Under the pieces are notes generated by a model that was not told the DNA's origin, made no database searches, and saw only the letters and a program-made list of their open reading frames with translations. The position numbers were made by a program, and so were the translations under genes. From Actinomycetota bacterium (GTDB lineage: Bacteria; Actinomycetota; Acidimicrobiia; IMCC26256; PALSA-610), in the NCBI GenBank assembly GCA_005773635.1, contig SXHN01000079.1:36568-100567 (forward strand): a stretch of 64,000 bases of DNA, read 5' to 3'. Within the stretch, counting starts at the first letter, position 1; every line of letters starts with the position of its first letter. Positions 56,810 to 64,000 of the stretch are shown here, piece by piece.

Positions 56810-57415
56810 ATGGCTGACACGACGCTTACTGCAACAATCCGAGAAGGTCGCGGCAATGGTCCGGCTCGACGCGTGCGCCAAGCTGGCGACGTGCCCGCGG
56901 TTGTATATGGCCTCGGCCGCGACAACGAGGCAGTAGCGGTGAATGCCCACGACCTCGACAAGATTCTGCATTCCAGCTCTGGCGTCAACAGCGTGATCAC
57001 GCTCAAGGTAGACGGCGGTGCCGATCAGCTCGTGCTGACTCGCCAAATCGACCGTCACCCCGTGCGCAGCACGCTGACTCACGTGGACTTCATTCGCGTC
57101 AGCGCCGATGCCGACGTCACCGCTGATGTGCACCTTGAGCTCACCGGTGAACCGGAGGGTGTGCGCCTCGGCGGGTTGCTTGAACAGCTGTTGTTCTCAG
57201 TTGGCGTTTCGTGTCGCCCAGCGGATGTGCCCCAGGTGATCGTTCACGACATTTCTGGCTTAGGTCTCGGTGCCCAACTCCACGTCAGCGATCTCCCCAC
57301 GCCCGCCGGAGTCGTGTTCACAAACGAACCCAACGACCTGATCGTGCAGGTCGCGATTCCCCGTGGTCTGGCCCAAGCTAGCGGCGACGACGGCGCACCC
57401 GCCGAAGGCGAGTAA
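56810..57415 (+). CDS. rplY: 50S ribosomal protein L25 / general stress protein Ctc
   Basis: L25/Ctc N-terminal barrel (REGRGNGPARRVRQAGDVPAVVYG) with an acidic C-terminal tail. Confidence 0.9.
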   Translation: MADTTLTATIREGRGNGPARRVRQAGDVPAVVYGLGRDNEAVAVNAHDLDKILHSSSGVNSVITLKVDGGADQLVLTRQIDRHPVRSTLTHVDFIRVSADADVTADVHLELTGEPEGVRLGGLLEQLLFSVGVSCRPADVPQVIVHDISGLGLGAQLHVSDLPTPAGVVFTNEPNDLIVQVAIPRGLAQASGDDGAPAEGE

Positions 57416-57417
57416 CC

Positions 57418-57993
57418 CTGCGCGTCGACCTGCTTGCCGTAGGGCTCGGAAACCCCGGCAAGCAATATCGACACACGCGCCACAACGTCGGTGCCGAAGC
57501 AATTGAGCTGCTCGTCGCTCGACATCGCGCAGAGCTGCGAATTGAAAAGGGCCTGTATTCGCAAAGTGCAGTCTTCACGATTGGGGGCCGCAAGCTTGCG
57601 GTCGCGATACCCACCACCTACATGAATGAATCAGGGCAGGCGGTAGCGCCGCTCATGCGTCGCTACGAAGTCGAACCGGGCGAGCTCGTCGTCATCCACG
57701 ACGAGCTTGATTTCGACCTGGCCAAGGTCAAGCTCAAAGTCGGCGGTGGATTAGCCGGAAACAATGGTCTGCGATCGATCAAGGCTCACTGCAAAACTGA
57801 TGCGTTTCTGCGTGTTCGCATTGGTATCGGCAAACCTCCTTCGAAAGAACAAGGTTCCAATCACGTGCTGAATCCGTTCTCGAAATCCGACCGCCCCATC
57901 GTTGACAGTGCAATCGAAACTGCGGCTGATGCCGTCGAAGCAATCCTTGTGGACGGCATCGACGCAGCAATGCTGCGCTTCCACAGCGTATGA
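57418..57993 (+). CDS. pth: Peptidyl-tRNA hydrolase; no canonical start codon upstream of the conserved N-terminus
   Basis: The frame is open from the TAG at 57379-57381. Full-length Pth similarity begins LRVDLLAVGLGNPGKQYRHTRHNVG...YMNESGQAV. The only in-frame ATG (57622) would delete the catalytic N-terminal third. The first plausible codon is CTG at 57418. Confidence 0.7.
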   Translation: MRVDLLAVGLGNPGKQYRHTRHNVGAEAIELLVARHRAELRIEKGLYSQSAVFTIGGRKLAVAIPTTYMNESGQAVAPLMRRYEVEPGELVVIHDELDFDLAKVKLKVGGGLAGNNGLRSIKAHCKTDAFLRVRIGIGKPPSKEQGSNHVLNPFSKSDRPIVDSAIETAADAVEAILVDGIDAAMLRFHSV

Positions 57994-58101
57994 ATTGCGC
58001 CTGCTTCGCCCGGCGCGGCGAGGGGCTTCACACCCATTTTGTTCGTCCCTCACTCCTGGGCTGCTGTCGCCCCCGCGTGAATTGCGCCTGCTTCGCCCGG
58101 C
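57991..58101. repeat. Two perfect 24-bp direct repeats (tgaattgcgcctgcttcgcccggc) 63 bp apart in the pth-MFS intergenic region
   Basis: The copies lie at 57991-58014 and 58078-58101. The first overlaps the pth stop codon. Confidence 0.6.
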
Positions 58102-58137
58102 AGGGACGCCGTGGGTAACGGCACGACGTTTCGGTCG

Positions 58138-59319
58138 ATGCGGCATCGCAACTTTCGGTTGTTCTTCTTTGGGCAATTCACGTCGCAAGTGGGCAACTGG
58201 CAGACGCTGGTCGCGCAGTCGTTGCTTGCGCTGAATGTTGGTGGCAACGCCTTTTCTGTCGGCGTACTCGGTGCTTGTCAGTTCCTGCCTGTTCTCGTTT
58301 TTGGAGCGTACGGAGGGCTTCTCGCCGACCGCACCGATAAGCGAAACTTGCTCATCGTTGTGCAATCAATCGCGATGCTGCAGTCGTTTGCGCTCGCTTA
58401 TGTGGCCGCACAGAATCAACCCAATTTCGTGTGGTTGTGCGTCGTTGCATCAGTAGGTGGTGTCGCCATGGCGATTGACAATCCCACTCGTCGTGCCTTT
58501 TTTGTTGAGCTTGTTGAGGAGAACGACGTCAACAACGCGGTCGGGCTCAATTCATCATTGATGACAAGCTCGCGTATCGTTGGCTCGGCGCTCGCGGGGG
58601 TATTGATCAGTACCGTCGGGTTTGCATGGTGTTTTGTTGCCGATGGTTTCACCTACGGCGCTGTGCTGATTGCCCTCATAGCGATGCGCACCGAAGAAAT
58701 CCGATCGGCGCCGATCGTATTGAGAGCGCGGCGCCAAGTGCGCGACGGATTCATATATGTGTTTCGTACGCACGACCTATGGATTTCGATGCTCATTATG
58801 GGCGTCGTCGGAACGCTCGCATTTAATTTTCAGGTCGTGCTTCCATTGTTCGTCACCGAGACGTTCGATGCAAGCGTCAGTGTCTTCACTGCGTTGTTTT
58901 CGGTACTTAGCGTCGGGGCGCTGGCGGGCGCGCTTCACTCGGCGCGGCGCGAGAGTGCGGACCTTCGTTCGGTTGCGACGGCCAGCGTTTGGTTTGGTTG
59001 TTCGCTGTGTGCATTGGCTGCGACGCCGTGGCTTTGGCTTGCGTTTCCGATGTCGTTGCTTGTCGGGTGGTCCAGCATCATGTTCTTGACGGCGTCGACT
59101 TCGATCGTGCAACTGCGCGTCGATCCTGAAATGCGGGGCCGGGTGTTGGCCCTCCAAGCGATGGTGTTCTTAGGTACCACTCCGATAGGAGGGCCGATCG
59201 TCGGGGCCATCTGCGATGCTTACGGCGCTCGCGTCGGCATCATCGTGGGCGGCACAGCAGCGATTCTCGCAGGCATCCTGCCCTTCCACACGCCCAGAAG
59301 ACGTTCTTGGCACGGGTGA
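58138..59319 (+). CDS. MFS transporter (EntS/enterobactin-exporter-like 12-TM)
   Basis: 12 predicted TM helices and MFS motif A-like GGLLADRTDKR. Confidence 0.8.
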   Translation: MRHRNFRLFFFGQFTSQVGNWQTLVAQSLLALNVGGNAFSVGVLGACQFLPVLVFGAYGGLLADRTDKRNLLIVVQSIAMLQSFALAYVAAQNQPNFVWLCVVASVGGVAMAIDNPTRRAFFVELVEENDVNNAVGLNSSLMTSSRIVGSALAGVLISTVGFAWCFVADGFTYGAVLIALIAMRTEEIRSAPIVLRARRQVRDGFIYVFRTHDLWISMLIMGVVGTLAFNFQVVLPLFVTETFDASVSVFTALFSVLSVGALAGALHSARRESADLRSVATASVWFGCSLCALAATPWLWLAFPMSLLVGWSSIMFLTASTSIVQLRVDPEMRGRVLALQAMVFLGTTPIGGPIVGAICDAYGARVGIIVGGTAAILAGILPFHTPRRRSWHG

Positions 59320-59340
59320 GCGTTTGGCAAGGCGGATTGC

Positions 59341-59376
59341 GAGGAAAGTAGTTGACAACGTCCACCATTTGGTGGA
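59341..59376. promoter_or_regulatory. Imperfect 16-4-16 palindrome (candidate TetR operator) ending at the TetR start codon
   Basis: GTTGACAACGTCCACC-attt-GGTGGACACTGTCAAC: 14 of 16 positions are symmetric. It lies between the MFS stop and the GTG start of the TetR gene. Confidence 0.5.
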
Positions 59377-59992
59377 CACTGTCAACGTGCCGCAGACTGA
59401 GACCGACCTAACAACTCGCGAGCGAATTTTGGCGTGTGCAGTCGAAATAGTTGGGAACTCGGGTGTGGGTGCACTCGGAGTGCGAGAGGTAGCGAGGCAG
59501 GCGGGCGTGTCGCACAACGCTCCGTCGCGCCATTTCGCGACGCATCTTGCATTGACTACCGCGGTGGCGACTGTCGGCTTTGCTGAATTTTGTCGCGCGC
59601 TCGAAGACTCGATGGCGTTGCTATCTGAGCCGTTCGACCGCCTCTGCGCCACAGCGCACGCCTACGTGAAGTTCTCCTTCGACCGGCCAGGAATGTTCGA
59701 ACTGATGTGGCGTTGCGATCTGGTGGATCACACCGACTTGGAGTTCGCGACAACCGCGTTGAAGTCGTTTGAAATTCTCCGTGATGCGGTTATTGCCTGC
59801 CAAGCCACTGGTTGGAATGCGATCGTTGAACCCGACGCAATCGCGGGTGTGCTGTGGTCGTGGGTGCACGGTCTTTCACAACTTTGGCGCACCGGCGGTA
59901 TGCCGATCTTCGCAATGCCTCTCGACCTCGACGCGCACTTGCGCGCCGGATTTATTGCCCTTGGGCTACCTCATAAGGAGTATCAACCATGA
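59377..59992 (+). CDS. TetR/AcrR-family transcriptional regulator
   Basis: HTH region RERILACAVEIVGNSGVGALGVREVARQAGVSHNAPSRHF. GTG start; the ORF-track 5' extension covers the operator palindrome and is rejected. Confidence 0.8.
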
Positions 59993-61353
59993 CGATGACC
60001 GAATCACGCCTTACCACTAGTCGTTACCTTTCTGGCAACTTTGCGCCAATAGAAACTGAAGTTGAAGCATTCGATTTACGAGTGCGAGGAGAGATCCCGT
60101 TGGAGCTGACCGGTCGACTGCTGCGCATTGGTCCGAACCCGGTGACCGCGCCCGACCCCGCCACCTATCACTGGTTCACAGGTTCCGGAATGGTGCACGG
60201 GCTACGTCTACGTGACGGAAAAGCCCAATGGTATAAGAACAAATTTGTGCGCAGCGACGGTGTGAGTGAAGCCAAGGGCTGGCCAATAACTGAGGGACCG
60301 CGCCACGGTATGAGCGATGGAACCGCCAATACCAACGTGATCGGTTACGCGGGTAAGACCTACGCAATTGTTGAGGCAGGAGGGCTCCCGGTTGAGCTTT
60401 CGTACGACCTTGACACGTTGCGCATGTCGAATTTCGACGCGACGCTCCCTGGCTCGTTCACAGCGCATCCGAAACGCGATCCGTTCACCGGTGAACTGCA
60501 TGCAATGGTGTACTACTTCGAATGGGATTACCTGCAATACGTAGTGGTCGGTGTCGACGGGAGAGTGCGCAAGACCTTGAATGTCCCGGTACCTGGAAAA
60601 CCGATGCTGCACGATTGTTCAATCACCGAGTCTCAAGTAGTGGTGATGGATCTGCCCGTTACGTTTGATCTCGAAGCCGCGATGAGCGGGCGCTCGCTTC
60701 CATATTCATGGGATCCCGAGTACGGCGCGCGCGTCGGGCTGTTGCCACGCTCGGCAGCTGATGGCAACGAAACCGTCTGGTGCGAGCTCCCAGAGCTTTG
60801 CTACGTGTACCACCCACTGAATTCATACGACCTTCCCGACGGGCGCGTGGTCTGTGACGTTGTCAAGCATCCGAAGATGTTCGATACCGATAAATATGGC
60901 CCTTTTGAAGGGATTCCGGTGCTCGCCCGTTGGACGATCGATCCTGCAACCGCGCGAGTGCACGAAGAAGTGCTCGATGACCGTGGTCAGGAATTTCCCC
61001 GGATGGATGAGCGGCTCATCGGACAAAAGAATCGATTCGGTTATGGGGCTTCGTTCGGCGAAGGAATTGAGCATGGGCCAGCGTTGAAACACGACTTGGA
61101 ACGAGGCACTACCGAGGTGCACGAATACGGCAGCGGTCGCGTGACGCTGGAGCCAGTGTTCGTGCCCCGTCACGATGATGCGGCCGAAGATGATGGTTGG
61201 ATCATGTCCTACGTCTACGACGCCACGACCGACTCAAGCGATGTTGTCATCCTGAACGCCCAAGATTTCACCGGCGAGCCTCTGGCCGTGATCTCGTTGC
61301 CACAACGGGTTCCCTTTGGGTTCCATGGCAATTGGGTCCCCGACGAGGAGTAG
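59989..61353 (+). CDS. Carotenoid-cleavage-type dioxygenase (RPE65/CCD/lignostilbene-dioxygenase family), cytoplasmic
   Basis: CCO-family N-terminus (GNFAPIETEV..., LRIGPNP), four-His iron-ligand pattern across the beta-propeller, and the C-terminal FHGNWVP. ATGA overlap with the TetR stop. Confidence 0.85.
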   Translation: MTMTESRLTTSRYLSGNFAPIETEVEAFDLRVRGEIPLELTGRLLRIGPNPVTAPDPATYHWFTGSGMVHGLRLRDGKAQWYKNKFVRSDGVSEAKGWPITEGPRHGMSDGTANTNVIGYAGKTYAIVEAGGLPVELSYDLDTLRMSNFDATLPGSFTAHPKRDPFTGELHAMVYYFEWDYLQYVVVGVDGRVRKTLNVPVPGKPMLHDCSITESQVVVMDLPVTFDLEAAMSGRSLPYSWDPEYGARVGLLPRSAADGNETVWCELPELCYVYHPLNSYDLPDGRVVCDVVKHPKMFDTDKYGPFEGIPVLARWTIDPATARVHEEVLDDRGQEFPRMDERLIGQKNRFGYGASFGEGIEHGPALKHDLERGTTEVHEYGSGRVTLEPVFVPRHDDAAEDDGWIMSYVYDATTDSSDVVILNAQDFTGEPLAVISLPQRVPFGFHGNWVPDEE

Positions 61354-61809
61354 ATGACCATGCGTCGGGACGTTCTTTTGGTTGCCCATATTGCTGCAAT
61401 ATCAGCTTGGCTTGGCGCAAATGTCGTGCAGTTTGTTTTGACACCTTGGTTCGCACGGCGCTCGATACCCGAGAACTTGGGGTGGATTTCAGCAACGCTG
61501 TTCCTCGGTCGCCGGTACTACAACGTTGTTGGTGCCCTCGTTGCGTTCACCGGCGTGTTGCTGGTGCTCGAATCCGATTACAACTTCAGCGCAGGTTTCG
61601 TCATTGTTGGTGTCGCGATGATCGTGGTCGGAGCTGTCACGGGAGTCGCCGTGTTCGATCGACTTATTAACCAACACATTGTGGCGCTGCAATCGTCTGA
61701 TCTCGTCCTTGCTGCGCAGTTGCGCGCTCGTACGTTATGGGTTGCAGTGGTTGACACGTCGTTGTTGTTGTTGACTGCGTACGCAATGGTGAAGCGGTGG
61801 CACGCGTAA
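61354..61809 (+). CDS. Small 4-TM membrane protein of unknown function
   Basis: 151-aa ORF starting 1 nt after the CCD stop; four hydrophobic helices. Confidence 0.55.
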   Translation: MTMRRDVLLVAHIAAISAWLGANVVQFVLTPWFARRSIPENLGWISATLFLGRRYYNVVGALVAFTGVLLVLESDYNFSAGFVIVGVAMIVVGAVTGVAVFDRLINQHIVALQSSDLVLAAQLRARTLWVAVVDTSLLLLTAYAMVKRWHA

Positions 61810-61834
61810 CCCATGACACTCCAAGGCAGCGTCT

Positions 61835-63358
61835 TCAGTCGCTGGGAACCCATGTGCCATGGAATCCGTACGGGACCCGTTGCGGGAGATGCACGCGCGC
61901 GATCGGGCCACGAGCCACGTCTGATGCATCAATAATTGCGAGTTCGCTGGTATCTGCCGCTGCGTCGTGTACGTACGACAGCAACCAGCCGGCGTCTTGT
62001 TCGTTGGATTCGCCGTCGGGCACGAACAACCATTCGCCGCTATGGATCGATGGTCCGGGTTCCCATGTCGTGCGCGCGTTGGTTTGGTAGTCATGCTTAA
62101 TCACTCCACCGAAATCGACGGTTGTGTCGCTGTCGCGCGTTTGTACGAAGTATCCGTAGCGATGCTTGCGGCCCACCACACGCGGATCGCGAGTCGGTAG
62201 CTCGCCGGGTTGGTGCTCGACAATGATGTCGTCGCTGACCTTCGAACTCATGGTGTCGATGGTCCATCGTCGCAACGAGAGCTCGCCGGCGAAGTTCTCT
62301 CCCGGCTTGAACATTGAGTCGAGCCGGCAAACATCAATGATGACGTTCTCGTTATCGCGATACGCGTTCACGCCGTGAAATACGTAGCACGGATCGATTT
62401 CGTACCAGACGATCTTGGACGTTGGTCCTGCGAGGGGCATGATTCCAATTCGTGCTCCGTAGGCCGGCTTCCATTGAAACGGCATTGTTCCCGACTGAGG
62501 ATCGTCGAGCCATTTGATCGCGGATTGCAGATCAAATACGACGGGCAACTCCCAGAAAATTACGTCCCTGTCGGTAATTGCGAAGTCGTGGATCATCGTT
62601 GGGCCCGCGACCTTGACGCCTTCGCTGCTGATGAGTTTTCCGCTTGCATCGGTGACGTTGTAGGTGAGGAATGGATCAGTGAATCCGTAGCCGAAGGAGT
62701 GCAAGTACCCCGTGGCTGGGTCGATTTTGGGGTGAGCAGTGAACGACGACTTCAATCGGCCGCCGAAGTCGTGCACCCCGACTGTGCTGAGATCCTCGGG
62801 GTTGATTGCGAAAGGAAAGCCCACCTCTCCCGAACTCAGCAGCGTGTTCGCATGCCACAGCACCGAAACGTTGCTTTGGGTCGACTGGCCCCCCGGCGCA
62901 CCGCTTCCACCGAAACCGATGCCTTGTTTGTACAGCGGAGTCTGGACGTATCGGTTGCGATACCACTCGGCCTTCCCCGCATTCAAGCGCACTCCGTGCA
63001 ACATCCCATCTCCGAAAAACCAGTGCGATGAGTCGGCCTTCGATGGATTCGAGCCGTTGCGCACGTACAGGCCGCTGAGTGCTGGAGGGATCGCTCCGGT
63101 GACGGCGAGTTTGGTCGTCGTGAGTTCCTTGGTGACGGGTGCAAAGCCTTGCTGCAACCACCACGGGCGGTCTGGGTCGAAGGCTGAGGTGGTAGGCGAC
63201 AGGCGCGAGGCTGGACCACTCGTCGTGGTGGATTTGGCGGTCACCCCGCCGTCGCTCGAACAGGCGCTGAGGAGTGCTCCGGCGGAAGGCAGGGCGATCG
63301 CGCCGAGTGCCATGGCTCGCAATATGTCGCGGCGGCTGGGTGCTTCATCGAAATGCAT
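61835..63358 (-). CDS. Carotenoid-cleavage-type dioxygenase paralogue, Tat-exported lipoprotein
   Basis: Twin-arginine motif SRRDILRAMALGAIALP plus lipobox LLSAC. CCO-family body ending FHGTWVP, parallel to the cytoplasmic paralogue. Confidence 0.85.
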   Translation of the reverse strand: MHFDEAPSRRDILRAMALGAIALPSAGALLSACSSDGGVTAKSTTTSGPASRLSPTTSAFDPDRPWWLQQGFAPVTKELTTTKLAVTGAIPPALSGLYVRNGSNPSKADSSHWFFGDGMLHGVRLNAGKAEWYRNRYVQTPLYKQGIGFGGSGAPGGQSTQSNVSVLWHANTLLSSGEVGFPFAINPEDLSTVGVHDFGGRLKSSFTAHPKIDPATGYLHSFGYGFTDPFLTYNVTDASGKLISSEGVKVAGPTMIHDFAITDRDVIFWELPVVFDLQSAIKWLDDPQSGTMPFQWKPAYGARIGIMPLAGPTSKIVWYEIDPCYVFHGVNAYRDNENVIIDVCRLDSMFKPGENFAGELSLRRWTIDTMSSKVSDDIIVEHQPGELPTRDPRVVGRKHRYGYFVQTRDSDTTVDFGGVIKHDYQTNARTTWEPGPSIHSGEWLFVPDGESNEQDAGWLLSYVHDAAADTSELAIIDASDVARGPIARVHLPQRVPYGFHGTWVPSD

Positions 63359-63398
63359 GGCCCGTATCCTTGCAGTTCCCTTGCACTAAAGGAAACCT

Positions 63399-64000
63399 GT
63401 GTCGCAACACGCTCCGCTGTACGGCGTACCTCTCATCCTCGATGGCGATACCGCGCTCATGGGCGCGTCGGCTGGGCACGGCAACAGCGTGGCTGTGCCC
63501 GAAGCCGCCCGAGCGATCTTTACAGCCGCACTCGCTCGCACCACGGCCCGTCGTCCGATACTGGTCGCGGTACCTACCGGCATCGAATCTGAACGGCTGG
63601 CGCACGATCTTGGGCTTTTTCTCGGGCCTGAGAGCATTGAGTTGTTTCCGGCGTGGGAAACCTTGCCGTTTGAGCGGGTCTCACCCGCGAGCGACACGAT
63701 GGGCAAGCGGCTCAGGGTGATGTGGCGGCTGCGTGCCGGAGGCGAACATTTACCAGCGGTCATTGTCGCTCCAGTGCGCGCCTTAGTGCAGCGTCTCGGC
63801 CCCCACGTTGAAGACATACGCCCCCTCTTCGTGCGCAAAGGACACCACATCGATCGTGACGAGATGGTTGCCCAACTGGTGACGTCGGGGTACCGCAGGG
63901 AATATCAAGTGGAAGCCCGTGGCGAGGTTGCGGTGCGCGGTTCCATCGTGGACGTGTATCCAGTCACTGCTGATCATCCGGTACGGATCGATCTTTGGGG
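63399..64000 (+). CDS. mfd: Transcription-repair coupling factor, N-terminal part (runs off the window)
   Basis: Manual translation from GTG 63399: ...LFPAWETLPFERVSP...RGEVAVRGSIVDVYP...RIDLWG, the conserved Mfd/UvrB-homology N-terminus. It is not in the ORF track because it is edge-truncated. The synteny with pth-rplY-prs-glmU is as in mycobacteria. Confidence 0.85.
   Translation, partial: MSQHAPLYGVPLILDGDTALMGASAGHGNSVAVPEAARAIFTAALARTTARRPILVAVPTGIESERLAHDLGLFLGPESIELFPAWETLPFERVSPASDTMGKRLRVMWRLRAGGEHLPAVIVAPVRALVQRLGPHVEDIRPLFVRKGHHIDRDEMVAQLVTSGYRREYQVEARGEVAVRGSIVDVYPVTADHPVRIDLW

Noticed and set aside
57622-57993. 123-aa ORF-track call for pth
   Set aside because: It starts at an internal Met and omits the conserved N-terminal catalytic region, which is encoded in frame upstream; the gene was extended to about 57418.
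59216-59376. 5' extension of the TetR ORF
   Set aside because: It would translate through the MFS gene end and the operator palindrome; the HTH begins right after the GTG at 59377.

Overview
This is a high-GC, densely coding chromosomal window of actinobacterial type with about 65 genes; edge-truncated genes were recovered by manual translation. Several parts of the backbone match Mycobacterium-like gene order: ilvB-ilvN-ilvC preceded by a Val-rich leader peptide and attenuator hairpin; metG-tatD-(Rpf-like)-ksgA-ispE-DMT with GTGA stop/start overlaps; and tRNA-Gln-glmU-prs-rplY-pth, with mfd at the right edge. The left edge carries a partial TPP enzyme, an aldehyde dehydrogenase, an RpiR regulator, ilvD, an S9 peptidase, an M14 carboxypeptidase, an Fpg/Nei glycosylase and a GGDEF cyclase. 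Accessory content includes an Arn-like aminosugar glycosylation cluster with two polytopic membrane proteins, an NAD-epimerase, a DegT aminotransferase, a GT2 and a methyltransferase. There is also a lipid-metabolism neighbourhood of acyl-CoA dehydrogenase, ABC-2 transporter, plsY, DegV, WS/DGAT, acyl-CoA synthetase and an a/b-hydrolase. Other accessory genes are a 724-aa flotillin, a MsrPQ-like Mo-oxidoreductase/cytochrome b pair, and a TetR-controlled module with two carotenoid-cleavage-type oxygenases, one cytoplasmic and one a Tat lipoprotein. The most notable signal is a candidate UGSC-family selenoprotein: two adjacent small ORFs joined by an in-frame TGA directly followed by Gly-Ser-Cys and a stable downstream hairpin that may be a bacterial SECIS. 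This gene is translationally coupled to an upstream thioredoxin-fold (CPTC) fusion protein of unknown function. Two tiny ribosomal protein genes (bS22, bL37) and a tRNA-Gln were also found. The bL37 and tRNA-Gln genes are not represented in the ORF track, and bS22 appears there only as a 65-aa ORF with a spurious 5' extension. No CRISPR array, intact mobile element or rRNA was seen.
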